DNA of 64,000 nt from positions 20,757 to 84,756 of the forward strand of contig JAFPZK010000045.1 in assembly GCA_017417315.1 (NCBI GenBank), written 5' to 3'. Made by a program: the position numbers and the translations under genes. Under the pieces are notes generated by a model that had not been told where the DNA came from, did no database searches, and was given only the letters and a program-made list of their open reading frames with translations. The stretch's first letter is position 1; every line of letters starts with the position of its first letter. Below are positions 37,528 to 48,297 of the stretch, in pieces. The stretch is from Bacteroidales bacterium (GTDB lineage: Bacteria; Bacteroidota; Bacteroidia; Bacteroidales; UBA3824).

Positions 37528-38824
37528 ATTTCCTATAAAATTTTCTGTCAATTTTCCCGTTGAAAGTCCGCTGAATTTTTTCCGCGTGTTCGTAATAAAA
37601 CGGCACTTTGAAATTTTCTAATTTGCTTTTTAAATAAAACGCGATTTCTTTTTTCGTAACCTCTGATTTGACAACATAAATCAGTTTCAACGCCGTGCCG
37701 AGTACGGGGTGTGGTGCAGCAACACAAATGCAATCCATGATTTGCGGCATTGACAAGGCAACGCTTTCAACCTCCGTCGGCGCAACCTTAAAACCGCCCG
37801 TGTTAATAACATCATCAATCCTGCCCGAAAGCCTTAACATGCCTTCTTCGTCCAAACGTCCAAAATCCGAAGTATATACAGTATTGTTTTTCAGGACTTT
37901 GGCTGTTAAGTCTTCATCGCCGAAATAACCGCTCATCAATGTTTCGCCTTGACACGAAATCAAACCCTCGTCAGTGATAATAATTTTTGAACGACTCATA
38001 GGTTTGCCCAAACAGCCCTCAAAACACCGTCCGTCATTAAAATTATACGTCGAAATAATGCCCGTTTCCGTAGAAGCATAAGTGTTATAAAGGCGGCTGA
38101 AAGGCAAAGTTTCGCAAAGTTTCAAAATGTCGGATTTTGAAATCGCCGCTGCGCCGGTCTCGATGAAATCAATTTTCGAGGCATACTTTTTTAGTCTCTC
38201 TCCGCTGAACTGCAATAAGATACGGATAGCACTCGGCACTAAAAACGTCGCGAATTTTTCAAAAGGCAAATCCAAGGCACTGAAAAAATCATTAACATTT
38301 TTCATGCCCTCGGTAATTATCAACGTTGCACCCTGAATGATGACGGGATAAATTTTTGAAAGGCTGCCGATATGATTAAAAGGTCCCGTTATCACAAAAG
38401 CCAAATCAAAAGTAAAGCCCTGACCTTCAATGAGATTTTCACCGTCAGCAATTATCGTGCGATGACTTATCATAACACCCTTTTTCTTGCCCGTTGTCCC
38501 CGTCGTAAACAAAATATCAGCAACGCCGTCAGGAGTTTTATATTTTTTTACTAAGGAAGAAACCTCTTGAAAACTTTCTTCCGGGACGTCCTTTTCCAAC
38601 GGCACTGCAACCGAACCGTTAACGTGCAAAGCAAAATAAGTTAACAGAAAATCCAAATCCTGCGAAGCCCTGAAAACAAAAATTTCATTTTTAGGAACTT
38701 GGGCTGTTTTTTCTAATACTTTTTGCCATAATTGACTGTAAGTAAAAGTTTTACCGTTACAAATAACCGCCGTTTTTTGCGGATAAAGTTCGGCATCGCG
38801 CCTCAAAAAATCCTCAAAAATCAT
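37526..38824 (-). CDS. AMP-dependent ligase (adenylate-forming enzyme)
   Basis: A3-type motif FTTGTTGKKKGV and TGGFKV. Confidence 0.8.
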   Translation of the reverse strand: MIFEDFLRRDAELYPQKTAVICNGKTFTYSQLWQKVLEKTAQVPKNEIFVFRASQDLDFLLTYFALHVNGSVAVPLEKDVPEESFQEVSSLVKKYKTPDGVADILFTTGTTGKKKGVMISHRTIIADGENLIEGQGFTFDLAFVITGPFNHIGSLSKIYPVIIQGATLIITEGMKNVNDFFSALDLPFEKFATFLVPSAIRILLQFSGERLKKYASKIDFIETGAAAISKSDILKLCETLPFSRLYNTYASTETGIISTYNFNDGRCFEGCLGKPMSRSKIIITDEGLISCQGETLMSGYFGDEDLTAKVLKNNTVYTSDFGRLDEEGMLRLSGRIDDVINTGGFKVAPTEVESVALSMPQIMDCICVAAPHPVLGTALKLIYVVKSEVTKKEIAFYLKSKLENFKVPFYYEHAEKIQRTFNGKIDRKFYRK

Positions 38825-39069
38825 TTTTCTTTCAGTTTATTTTCCACGAGGACAACAATGCTGTCGATGTTCATAAAATTTTTCGGCGTTGCATCTTCGG
38901 CATCAAGAGTTATTTTGAACTCGTCCGACAAAACCGCTAAAACCGTAGTTACGGCAAGCGAATCCATTTCGCTGAACAAAAACTCCGACGAAAAATCCAC
39001 CGTCGGAAGCGCATCTTCCAAAAGAGTTAATATTTTTTCTTTCATATTTTTTTTAATTTGCCTCCTCAA
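38821..39069 (-). CDS. acyl carrier protein
   Basis: 82 aa with the EMDSLAV phosphopantetheine Ser motif. Confidence 0.75.
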   Translation of the reverse strand: MRRQIKKNMKEKILTLLEDALPTVDFSSEFLFSEMDSLAVTTVLAVLSDEFKITLDAEDATPKNFMNIDSIVVLVENKLKEK

Positions 39070-40549
39070 TTTGTTGATAAATGGTTTGTGCCGTCAAAAA
39101 TTCGCTGCAAGTTACTAAACTTCCGACAATTACGCCAAGTATGCCATGAGCGTTAATATTTTGTCCGGCTTGAAAAACGTTAGGAATCCTCAATCGGTGC
39201 AAAACCCTGCACGCCGCACCGAGCCTGACATCTTTTGCAATACCGTACATCGAACCGTTTTTAGTCCCCGTATAATCAACGTATGTCAAAGGCGTTGACG
39301 TGTAATAATATTTTACAGAATTTTTTAAACCCGGAAAATCGTTTTCAACCTCAGATAATAGTTTTTCGGCTTTTTGCTTTTTAAATTCTTCGTAATCTTC
39401 TCCCCGCCTGCCGAGTGTAGTACCTTCCCATTTCAACACCTCAGAATAGCGCATATACGCCAAAATTACACCTGAGGCGGCATATTGTTGTTTTTCTGAC
39501 GAACAAAAGTGCATATACAGGTAATTTTCAGGCCAAGAATCCTCGGTATATTTTTCACAATCCCAAACTGTATCTTTATGATAACCGTAAAAATTACTGT
39601 TCATATAAGGCACTGTATTTTCCTTAAACTGAACATAAACCGAAAACACGCCGGTAGTCTGCGGTAACGAACTGATTCTGTGTCTGAAAGCGGGACGTAT
39701 AAGATTTGACTTTATAAGAGAAAGTGTTATTTCGGGGTGAACGTCCGAAATAACATAATCTGCTTGATAAAAATCCGTGTCATTTACCATCACACCCGTG
39801 GCTTTAAACTCCTTACAAACGATTTCAGAAACGCGGGCATTCGTCAACACTTTTCCTCCGTATTTTTCGATTGTACTTTTAAGCGAAAAGGCAATTTTAT
39901 CGCTTCCGCCGACTATTCTGAAAGCCGAAGCATTATAAAAACCCATTATGTAAGCATGCATCGAAAACGGCGTTTTGTCTTTTTCAGCGGCATACAAAGG
40001 CGAATTTCCGAGAAGTACATTTTTAAGAAGTTTATCCTCAAATAAAGAATCAAGCACGTCGTTAACGCTCTGCAAACGGTACTTTACGATTGCGTCCTCC
40101 TCTCCTATTTGGCGTAGAGAATTTGTCATCGAAGCACGAAAAATATTTTCAACAAGCGAAAAATATTTTTCCAAATTGTCTTTTTCTTTCGGGAAATATT
40201 CCGAAAACTGCTCCACAAATCTCTCGTGAGAGTTCGGAAACTTGTATTCCTGACCTTTCAACAAAACACGCTCGTAGCAGGAAGTATCCAAAGGCGAAAG
40301 AGTTATATCTTTTGAAACTTCCAAATAATTAAGCCAACGGTCTAAGGTCTGCCCCTTTGCCGCACTGCCGACAAAGTGCATTCCCGTCTCAAACTTTGCG
40401 CCCCGCCTCGAAAAACATTGCAGACAACCGCCTACTTGCGTACCTTTTTCAAGAACGGTAACCTGATAGCCGTTTTTTGCTAAAATTACACCGCACGAAA
40501 GTCCGCCGAGACCGCTACCTATTATTACAACTTTTTTATTATCAGACAT
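39053..40549 (-). CDS. phytoene-desaturase-family FAD-dependent oxidoreductase (CrtI-like)
   Basis: VVIIGSGLGGLSCGVILAKNGYQVTVLEK dinucleotide fold and CrtI-like length. Confidence 0.75.
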   Translation of the reverse strand: MSDNKKVVIIGSGLGGLSCGVILAKNGYQVTVLEKGTQVGGCLQCFSRRGAKFETGMHFVGSAAKGQTLDRWLNYLEVSKDITLSPLDTSCYERVLLKGQEYKFPNSHERFVEQFSEYFPKEKDNLEKYFSLVENIFRASMTNSLRQIGEEDAIVKYRLQSVNDVLDSLFEDKLLKNVLLGNSPLYAAEKDKTPFSMHAYIMGFYNASAFRIVGGSDKIAFSLKSTIEKYGGKVLTNARVSEIVCKEFKATGVMVNDTDFYQADYVISDVHPEITLSLIKSNLIRPAFRHRISSLPQTTGVFSVYVQFKENTVPYMNSNFYGYHKDTVWDCEKYTEDSWPENYLYMHFCSSEKQQYAASGVILAYMRYSEVLKWEGTTLGRRGEDYEEFKKQKAEKLLSEVENDFPGLKNSVKYYYTSTPLTYVDYTGTKNGSMYGIAKDVRLGAACRVLHRLRIPNVFQAGQNINAHGILGVIVGSLVTCSEFLTAQTIYQQIEEAN

Positions 40550-40553
40550 TTAA

Positions 40554-40811
40554 CTATTTTTTACGGTTTTTGCTGATATAATCCGCCATAGTGGAAACAC
40601 TTTGAAAAATAGCCTTTCCCTCAGATGCATCGGAGAGTTTTATACCGTAAAATTTCTCCATCATAACGATAAGTTCAAGAGCGTCAATAGAATCCAATCC
40701 GAGACCGTCGCCGAAAAGTGGTTCATTAACGTCAATATCATCAGGCTTAATTTCTTCCAAATTGAGTGCCTCTATTATCCTGTTTTTTAATTCTGAAATA
40801 AGTGCTTCCAT
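40554..40811 (-). CDS. acyl carrier protein
   Basis: GLGLDSIDALEL motif. Start at the internal ATG, overlapping the upstream stop (TAATG). Confidence 0.75.
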   Translation of the reverse strand: MEALISELKNRIIEALNLEEIKPDDIDVNEPLFGDGLGLDSIDALELIVMMEKFYGIKLSDASEGKAIFQSVSTMADYISKNRKK

Positions 40812-41056
40812 TATTTTGTTACGTTTTTTTCGATGAAACTGCAAAAATCATTAAGCGTTACAATTCCCGCCATTTCTTCGGGTTTAATTTTAAAACCGAA
40901 CTCCTTGTCAACAATTACCACAATATCAACAAAATCAAGACTATCAATACCCATATCGTCTTTGAGACGGGCTTCCGGTGCAATTTTATCCTCGTCAATT
41001 TCAAGTTCTTCAACGAGAAATTTCTTCACAGTTTCTTCTATCTCCGTTCTTGTCAT
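40811..41056 (-). CDS. acyl carrier protein
   Basis: DMGIDSLDFVDI motif, 81 aa. Confidence 0.75.
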   Translation of the reverse strand: MTRTEIEETVKKFLVEELEIDEDKIAPEARLKDDMGIDSLDFVDIVVIVDKEFGFKIKPEEMAGIVTLNDFCSFIEKNVTK

Positions 41057-41067
41057 TTTTTATATGA

Positions 41068-42168
41068 TTATTTTAATTTACAAACCAAAATCGAATGTCC
41101 CTGACCAAGATGATCAAAGATTTTTTCGACTGTTAAACCGGCTTTTTCAATACACTCGGTCATGTCCGCCGTATTGTACATTTTGGAATTTCCGTTTGCC
41201 AAGGCGGTAAAATACAAACTCGTCATCGTAAGGCAAAACGAAGCAGGTTCAAACTTCTGTCTGTCCCAAAGCGTTTCCATTATAAAAACCCTTGTCTGAG
41301 AGGAGATTGCATTTTTTACTTTTGACAAAATATCCGTAATCTGCTCCATAGAAAAACAGTCTAAAAACTGACTCATCCAAACAGCGTCAAGTCCGCCTTC
41401 TCGTTTCGGGACAACGGCGTTTTCTTCCAAAATGTTAACGCCCAAACCTTTTATCCTATTAGCGTTATCTTTGCCCTTGATGTTATTTTTCAGCATTTCT
41501 ATCTGCTGCGGCAAATCCAAAACCGTAACCTCAACTTCCTTGTCAAAAATAACGCATTGTAACGCCCATTTGCCGGTGTTTCCGCCGATGTCGTAAAGAG
41601 ATTTTACGTTATGCTTTTTAAAGACGATTTCCAATGCCTCCGGGAACGACGAATCGCTGTAAAAATGGTCAAAACCGAACCAACTTTTCTGAACGTTTTC
41701 CGGCAACTGAGAAAGTCCCTGATAAATCGTCGGCCATGAACCGAAATTTTTTAAGCCCTCTGGTTTGCCGCTAAGAAACGATTCTTCAAGGTTGAACCAA
41801 CCTTTGTAATTAACATCGTGATTAAAGTCAATGTTGACCCGTGTCGCCTTGTCGTTGATTAAAAACCAACCCGCTTTTGAAATCGTAAACTTCTCTGTTT
41901 CAGGGTCTACGAGAATTGTTCCGATACAAAGCGAGGCTTCAAGAAGGCATTTAACGGCATAGTCGGAAAGGTTTGTCTTTTGACAAATTTCCTGCCGTGT
42001 CAAGCCGTTAAGAGAATCGCGGATAAGGTCTAAAATTCCGAATTTCAACATCAGCCTCGAAGCCTGAAAAACCGCCGGACCCCAAGCGATAAATTCCGCG
42101 AGACGTTGAGCCTCACGTGCCGAAAGTTGTTCCTTCGTATATTTTTCTAATGCCGGTGATAAATACAT
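41068..42168 (-). CDS. SAM-dependent (O-)methyltransferase
   Basis: N-terminal dimerisation/wHTH-like part plus LYDIGGNTGKWA (SAM motif I). Confidence 0.7.
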   Translation of the reverse strand: MYLSPALEKYTKEQLSAREAQRLAEFIAWGPAVFQASRLMLKFGILDLIRDSLNGLTRQEICQKTNLSDYAVKCLLEASLCIGTILVDPETEKFTISKAGWFLINDKATRVNIDFNHDVNYKGWFNLEESFLSGKPEGLKNFGSWPTIYQGLSQLPENVQKSWFGFDHFYSDSSFPEALEIVFKKHNVKSLYDIGGNTGKWALQCVIFDKEVEVTVLDLPQQIEMLKNNIKGKDNANRIKGLGVNILEENAVVPKREGGLDAVWMSQFLDCFSMEQITDILSKVKNAISSQTRVFIMETLWDRQKFEPASFCLTMTSLYFTALANGNSKMYNTADMTECIEKAGLTVEKIFDHLGQGHSILVCKLK

Positions 42169-42171
42169 TTT

Positions 42172-43416
42172 CTATATTTTTTTAAAAACTAACGCCGAAT
42201 TTGTTCCGCCGAAACCGAAAGAATTGCTCAAAACCGTATTCACCTCTGTATCAACGGTTTTTGAAGTCAAATTAATTTTTTCGGAATATTCATCGGGGTT
42301 TTCCAAATTTATGTTCGGCGCAACAAAATTATTTTGCATCATAATAACCGAATAAACCGCCTCGCTGACACCCGCCATCCAACATTCGTGTCCCGTCATT
42401 GATTTTGTGGAACTTACGAGCGGACGACTTTTAGAAAACAGTCTGTCAATAGCGATGGCCTCGTACATATCGCCCTGCGGTGTTGAAGTCGCATGTGCGT
42501 TGATGTAGTCTATGTCTTCCGGCTGTAAATCAGCCTCTTTCAACGCCCTTGACATTGCAACTACGCTGCCCTCGTCGCTCGGTTTTGAAATGTCAGCACC
42601 GTTGCCCGAAAAACCGTAGCCCGCAACCTCTGCGAGAATAGTTGCACCGCGTTTTTTAGCGTGTTCATAACTTTCAAGCACAACGGCAGCCGCACCGCCG
42701 GAAGGTACAAGTCCGTCGCGGCTCTTGTCAAAAGGACGGCTTGCCTTTTGAGGTTCGTCATGTCTTACTGAAAAAACCCCCAAAGCATCAAACGAAGCCA
42801 TTGAATAATAATTAGTTTCTTGTGCGCCGCCGCAAAGAACAATATCCTGCAAGCCTTGTTTAATCATCATATACCCCAATCCTATTGAATGACTGCCGCT
42901 TGCACACGCCGCGCTGACGGTAAAATTAACGCCTCTTAAATGAAATGCCGTGCTGAGATTCATTGTAACGGTAGAGTTCATTGATTGAAAAACCATTCCG
43001 TAACCGAGCATTGCCGTATCATGTTCGGTTTCCATAGTTTTGTAAGTTTCGATGACGGGTTTTGCAGAAGAATCGCTGCCGAAAATACAACCTATTTCGT
43101 TTTTGTCAAGATAATCAGGTGTCATTCCTGCCTGACTAAACGCTTGCCGTGCAGCCATATATGCGAATTGAGTATGTTCCGGCATACCGACACGGATATG
43201 ACGATTAAGCATATCTTTTGTTATAACAGGCAAAGGGACTATCCCCGAAAGACCGGAACGATAGCCGTATTCAAGTCTTTCGGGACATAAACCTATACCT
43301 GATTTACCATTATAAAGTGCTTCTTTAACAGTTTGAATATCAGTGCCTAAACACGACCAAATACCCATACCCGTTATTACAACACGGTTGTTCATTGCTT
43401 TAATTTTTTTTTGCAA
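42172..43416 (-). CDS. beta-ketoacyl-ACP synthase (FabF/FabB-like, Cys-His-His)
   Basis: SAACASGSH, NAHATST and SMTGHECW motifs. An alternative start is at 43395. Confidence 0.85.
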   Translation of the reverse strand: MQKKIKAMNNRVVITGMGIWSCLGTDIQTVKEALYNGKSGIGLCPERLEYGYRSGLSGIVPLPVITKDMLNRHIRVGMPEHTQFAYMAARQAFSQAGMTPDYLDKNEIGCIFGSDSSAKPVIETYKTMETEHDTAMLGYGMVFQSMNSTVTMNLSTAFHLRGVNFTVSAACASGSHSIGLGYMMIKQGLQDIVLCGGAQETNYYSMASFDALGVFSVRHDEPQKASRPFDKSRDGLVPSGGAAAVVLESYEHAKKRGATILAEVAGYGFSGNGADISKPSDEGSVVAMSRALKEADLQPEDIDYINAHATSTPQGDMYEAIAIDRLFSKSRPLVSSTKSMTGHECWMAGVSEAVYSVIMMQNNFVAPNINLENPDEYSEKINLTSKTVDTEVNTVLSNSFGFGGTNSALVFKKI

Positions 43417-43433
43417 ATTTAGACATATTTTTC

Positions 43434-46253
43434 TTAATTCAAGAAAATAAAAGGCAATTTTTTTTTTGAGATTTCTTGATTTTGTTTCATATTCTCAAAC
43501 TCCGCCACCGATAAAAACACCACATTTTTAACACCCATAGTTTCTGCAACAATTCTCGCAACTACCAAATTGTCAGGGTCTTCGTCAAAACCGTAAACTT
43601 TTATTTCAGGGTGTTGTAATGCCGCTAACAAACATAATTCGCCCGTTTTGCAGTTTTTGAAAAATACGACATCATTTTCAACGGGAATCTTGCCGCTGAA
43701 AGTCTTCAAACGTTTTTTCACGCCAGAATAAATTTCTACGCCTTTATAACGGTAACAATCTTTTATCCAAGCAATTAAACTGTCGTCTTTATGAAAAATT
43801 GATTTTAAAGTAAGAGGTCTTTTTCTTAATTTTCCGTCTTTTGAAACCAAAAATTTGAAAATCAGCGGCGGAAAAATATAAGCAGTCAAAACCACCGAAA
43901 ACATTCCCGCAACCGTTATCTGCGCCAACGAAAACAACGCAGGGTGTTTTGCGAAAATCAACGTGCCGATACCCGCAAACATAATCAAAGCCGACATTAT
44001 AATACTTTCTTTGTAAGACGACAACATTTTGCGACGATAAGCATATTCCCACTGACAACCCTCAGTTATAAAAATCGTGTAATCGTCGCCCTGACCGAAA
44101 ATAAACGTCGCCAAAATAATGTTGACAAGGTTGAACTGAATGTCAAAAAGCGACATCAAACCCAAAATCCAAATCCAACTGACAGCCATCGGCAAAAACG
44201 ACAAAAGCGCAAGTTCGATGCTTCCGAGCGAAAACCACAAAAAGAAAAATACAATCGCACCGCACGCCCAACCGATATAATTAAAATTGTCAGACAGATT
44301 TGAAGATGCCGCCGAATTAAGCGATTTTATGTCAAAAACGGTTGCAAAAGTTTTTAAGTTTTCGCCGTCAAATCCATCGTTAACTTTCAGAATATCAACA
44401 ATATGACATTCATTTTTTAGGGTATCAACAACAATATTTTTTGCAAAAACGCTTTTTATTAGCGGTGAAAATTTTTCTATATCTTTTTCAACGTAGTCAG
44501 CCTTCAAAATTTTGAAAAAATCATCAAAAACGCCTGCCGCAAAACCCTCGTTTTCAGCGGCTTTTGTTAAACGGTTTTCTATTTCGGCGGCATATTTTTG
44601 AGTAAAATTTTTCCAAAGTTCCAAACGGTGTTTTTGAACTTTTTTTGACGGCAAAAAGTCGCGGCAAGTTGACATTTCAAAAATTTTTCCGGCAGTTTTA
44701 AGGCTGTCATACTTTTTTAAAATCACGTTATTGTTTTGACAAGCCGCCTCAAAATCTTCACCCGACGAAAAAGCGTAAACCTCGTTAGAAGTTGTCCCAA
44801 GGGCGACATCTTGAAGTTTTTTCAAAGCGTTTTTCTGCGTACTTGTCATAAAATTTATGTGGCTTAAATCCGAATCAAATTTAACGTCAAAACTAAAAAA
44901 CAGCAAAATCGGTGTCAAAACCAAAACTCCGAAAACCGCCACACGGCTTTTTTCGGGCGAAAAATCAGGCAGCAATTTTTTGTGATTTTTCTGTCCTCCG
45001 TCAAAGGCAAAATGCGGCAGAAAAACCAGCACGAAAACAATCGTCCCCACAAGCAACAACGCGCTGAAAAGTCCTAAATCTTTCAACGCCGCCGACCCCG
45101 CAGGCACTAACGCCATAAACGCTCCGACGGTTGTAACGTTGCCAACCACAAGCGGCATAACTATCTCTTTCAGAGCGGTTTTAACGTCCGGCGCGTGATT
45201 TAAATGCGCCACAAAATGCAGCGGATAATTTATCGCAATTCCCAAAATCACCGAAGAAATTCCGATGACTATAATCGAAACTCCGTTTGTCAAAACCGAT
45301 AAAATTCCGAACGCAAACAACCAACCGAATGTTACTGACAAAACTATTAATGCGATGTTTTTAAAATTTTTAAACTGACGGACAAGTAAAAATACAATCA
45401 AAATTAAGGAAAGTATAACGGACAAAACTGTATCATTTTTGATTTGCGACGAATTGCCGACAGCGATAACCGGTCCGCCCGTAAAAACGGCTTCAATATC
45501 GGGAAAATCTTTCAAAGCCTCCTCTGCCGAGTTTTCCAAAAGGGAAAGAAGTTTTGCATTATTTCCGCTTTCGCCCGAACCGAATTGAGACTTCAAAGTT
45601 ATAATTGCAAATTTCATATCCGCCGAAAAAATCCGTCCGTCATAAACCTCAAACGCCGCGCCGTCAAGCATCGTTGTAAAACGCTGAACCTTAGACGAAA
45701 ACAAATTCAACGGGTCTTTCTGAAAATTTTGCGCAAAAACCTCCGTAAAACCTGAGGTCAAAGACAGTTTCAAATTTTTAACGCCGTTTTCTATAAATAA
45801 AGGTGAGGTCAAAAGGCTGTCAAAACGGCAATAATCGTCATCACTCAAAAAATACGGAATGTTATCTAAAATAAAGTCATTCAGTAAATTAGCCTTTTCT
45901 AAATCGGCATTTGTAACCAAATTTTTTATAATTTTAAGGCTGTCGTTTTTCTGTAAAACGTCTTCAAAACGGCTTATTGCTTCTGAAATTTTTTCGGGCG
46001 AAAATTCTGCGGTATCTTTCAGCGAGAAAATGCCGACAATGCGGTCAGCCCCCGAAATGTTTTGATAAACGCCCATTGCCCGACGATAATTTTCGTCAAG
46101 AGGAAGAAAATCAAAAATATCTTCGCTGCATTTTTGCCGAAGCGAAAGCAGAATCAAAACCGCCGTCAAAAACAAAAGTAAAAAATTCCGCAAAAAACGG
46201 CGCGAAGAAAAAAAAGAATAAACGTTAAGAATAAAATCAGACATTTTGTTCAA
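43434..46253 (-). CDS. MMPL/RND-type exporter fused to a C-terminal class-I methyltransferase-like domain
   Basis: Two blocks of about 6 TM helices with large loops. C-terminal VFFKNCKTGELCLLAA...VYGFDEDPDNLVVA resembles MTase motifs I and II but with substituted glycines. Confidence 0.65.
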   Translation of the reverse strand: MNKMSDFILNVYSFFSSRRFLRNFLLLFLTAVLILLSLRQKCSEDIFDFLPLDENYRRAMGVYQNISGADRIVGIFSLKDTAEFSPEKISEAISRFEDVLQKNDSLKIIKNLVTNADLEKANLLNDFILDNIPYFLSDDDYCRFDSLLTSPLFIENGVKNLKLSLTSGFTEVFAQNFQKDPLNLFSSKVQRFTTMLDGAAFEVYDGRIFSADMKFAIITLKSQFGSGESGNNAKLLSLLENSAEEALKDFPDIEAVFTGGPVIAVGNSSQIKNDTVLSVILSLILIVFLLVRQFKNFKNIALIVLSVTFGWLFAFGILSVLTNGVSIIVIGISSVILGIAINYPLHFVAHLNHAPDVKTALKEIVMPLVVGNVTTVGAFMALVPAGSAALKDLGLFSALLLVGTIVFVLVFLPHFAFDGGQKNHKKLLPDFSPEKSRVAVFGVLVLTPILLFFSFDVKFDSDLSHINFMTSTQKNALKKLQDVALGTTSNEVYAFSSGEDFEAACQNNNVILKKYDSLKTAGKIFEMSTCRDFLPSKKVQKHRLELWKNFTQKYAAEIENRLTKAAENEGFAAGVFDDFFKILKADYVEKDIEKFSPLIKSVFAKNIVVDTLKNECHIVDILKVNDGFDGENLKTFATVFDIKSLNSAASSNLSDNFNYIGWACGAIVFFFLWFSLGSIELALLSFLPMAVSWIWILGLMSLFDIQFNLVNIILATFIFGQGDDYTIFITEGCQWEYAYRRKMLSSYKESIIMSALIMFAGIGTLIFAKHPALFSLAQITVAGMFSVVLTAYIFPPLIFKFLVSKDGKLRKRPLTLKSIFHKDDSLIAWIKDCYRYKGVEIYSGVKKRLKTFSGKIPVENDVVFFKNCKTGELCLLAALQHPEIKVYGFDEDPDNLVVARIVAETMGVKNVVFLSVAEFENMKQNQEISKKKLPFIFLN

Positions 46254-47718
46254 CTCTGTTAGAAATTTCCAAATATTTTTCTGAAATTTGTTTTCTCATA
46301 AACGATGCCTGACGGAGTTCGTCGCCAAGTTCGTCAAGTTTTTGCCGGGAAACAGGTTCTGAAACTTCCATATAAACGGGACTTTTTCTAAGCAGCCAAG
46401 CGTTTTTCGGCAAAACTTTTCCCGTACCGTAAATACACATCGGCAGAATGTCAAGACCGAGTTGCTCAGCAATATAAAACGCACCCTGATGAAAACGTCC
46501 TATCTTACAATTAGTTGAGCGCGTGCCTTCGGGATATACCGCTATGCTGTATCCGCGTTTTACGAGGTCTTGAAGTTCAGGAATAAGGTTGTCGATACCG
46601 TCAGCAACGGGATAATATTCTGCCTTTCTAATGACAAAACCGTAAAAAGGATTCATCCAAACTCTGGTGTTTGTCAGAAAAATTATTTTGGGGTTAAAAG
46701 TCAGTTGACAAACAGCGTCAAAAACCGACTGATGATTACAAATAATGACTTTCGGGGTGTCCAAATCCGCTTTTTCGTGAATTTTGAAAGAAAATTTTGC
46801 ACCCGGAACGCCGTGCCAAACCATTATAAATTTTGCAACATTTTGAATAAATTTATGAAGTCCGAGTTGTTTTTTTTCGGTCATTTTTCCGATGTTGACG
46901 TATAGCCAAACGCCCGGCGTTATGAAAACAACCGAGCAAACGATAAACACAAAAACGGCGTAAAACGTTTTCAAATATTTGAACAAAAACCTCAAAATCC
47001 CAACCGGCAAAGCGTAAACCAAGCCGACAATACAAAGAATCGTGTTTAACACGCTGATTCTCATAAAGTCGCGACCGGGGCGGAAATGACTCACCCTGTC
47101 TTCGGGATAAGAGACGTTAACGGGAACGGCAAAAATGTCAACACCGTGCCACGAAGAAAGCACGAGCAGTTCCAATTCTGCCTCGTAACGTGCTGATAAT
47201 ATGTTAAGTCCGTGAATTTTTTTTATCGGATAAAGACGAAAGCCGGACTGAGTGTCAAGGCGTTTGAAAGTCTGAACCGTAAACCAAAAGTTAGCGAATT
47301 TATTAGCAAAACCGCTGCCTTTTCTGCGCTCAATGCCGTCAAGATTTCTTTCTCCGACGATGATTGCGCCAGGGTGTTCTATGTTGGCTTTCAAAAACTT
47401 AGCAATATCTTCGGGAAAATGCTGACCGTCGCCGTCAAGAGTAACGGCATACGAGAAACCGAGTTCCAAAGCCTTCTTAAAACCGCATTTCAAGGCATGA
47501 CCTTTGCCTTTGTTAACCCCGTATTCCACCAAAGTAATGCCGCTAATTCCGCGCAAAATTTCGCCCGTAGAATCGGTGCTGCCATCGTTTACAACAATCA
47601 CGTCAAAGCAGTTTTCAAGACTTCTTTTTACGACGTCCTGAATCGTCTTTTCGTTGTTGTAAACGGGTATTACAACACATATCCCTCTGTCTTTGAGCAG
47701 TTTTCTTTGGTTTTCCAT
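46237..47718 (-). CDS. family-2 glycosyltransferase fused to a lysophospholipid acyltransferase
   Basis: VVIPVYNNEKTI and LDGDGQH (GT2); NHQSVFDA (HX4D) and YPEGTRS (LPLAT). Confidence 0.8.
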   Translation of the reverse strand: MENQRKLLKDRGICVVIPVYNNEKTIQDVVKRSLENCFDVIVVNDGSTDSTGEILRGISGITLVEYGVNKGKGHALKCGFKKALELGFSYAVTLDGDGQHFPEDIAKFLKANIEHPGAIIVGERNLDGIERRKGSGFANKFANFWFTVQTFKRLDTQSGFRLYPIKKIHGLNILSARYEAELELLVLSSWHGVDIFAVPVNVSYPEDRVSHFRPGRDFMRISVLNTILCIVGLVYALPVGILRFLFKYLKTFYAVFVFIVCSVVFITPGVWLYVNIGKMTEKKQLGLHKFIQNVAKFIMVWHGVPGAKFSFKIHEKADLDTPKVIICNHQSVFDAVCQLTFNPKIIFLTNTRVWMNPFYGFVIRKAEYYPVADGIDNLIPELQDLVKRGYSIAVYPEGTRSTNCKIGRFHQGAFYIAEQLGLDILPMCIYGTGKVLPKNAWLLRKSPVYMEVSEPVSRQKLDELGDELRQASFMRKQISEKYLEISNRVEQNV

Positions 47719-47727
47719 CAGCGTTTT

Positions 47728-48297
47728 TTAATGTTTAAAAATGTCAGAAGGAATGTCAACTCCGGTTTGTAAATTTTTGAACTCGACAATAGTAACGTCA
47801 GAATTTTTAGCCGTCAAAACAGCCTTTGAAACAAGTAAAGTTTTCTTATCAAAACCGAGTTCTATTTTTTCAAACATCATTTTGATCTCCTTACGTTTAG
47901 GCAGAAGTTCCGCAACATAAAAACCGTCTTCTTCTTTTACAACGGTTTCAAAACTATTGCCGTCATTAAGACAACCGCCGCTTATCATATCCATAATCAT
48001 TGCAGCCGCTTTTGCTTTGATACGGTTTTTGTCGTCTTTTCCGTTGATAACAAAGACGTTAGACTGCGGCTCCAAATATTCCCAACGAAGTTTTCCGCTT
48101 TTTAGATAATACATTTTGCCACGGCTGATAAGTTCGTTGTTAAGGACTTTAAGTTGTTTTGTCTGAACGAAATCACATTCAAGGCTTTCGATTGACAAGG
48201 CTTTTTCGCTGATTTGACGCTTAATATCAGAGGTTTGCGCAAACGAAAACGACAAAACAAAAACAGTAAAAACAAAAAATAACAAAATTTTTTTCAT
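47728..48297 (-). CDS. LolA-like lipoprotein-carrier-fold protein
   Basis: Signal peptide SFA|Q, about 190 aa, in the typical position for APE/flexirubin-type clusters. Confidence 0.6.
   Translation of the reverse strand: MKKILLFFVFTVFVLSFSFAQTSDIKRQISEKALSIESLECDFVQTKQLKVLNNELISRGKMYYLKSGKLRWEYLEPQSNVFVINGKDDKNRIKAKAAAMIMDMISGGCLNDGNSFETVVKEEDGFYVAELLPKRKEIKMMFEKIELGFDKKTLLVSKAVLTAKNSDVTIVEFKNLQTGVDIPSDIFKH

Noticed and set aside
40554-41056. Tandem ACP genes considered as a duplication artefact.
   Set aside because: The two sequences are clearly diverged (GLDSIDALEL versus GIDSLDFVDI). Tandem ACPs are a normal feature of APE-type clusters.
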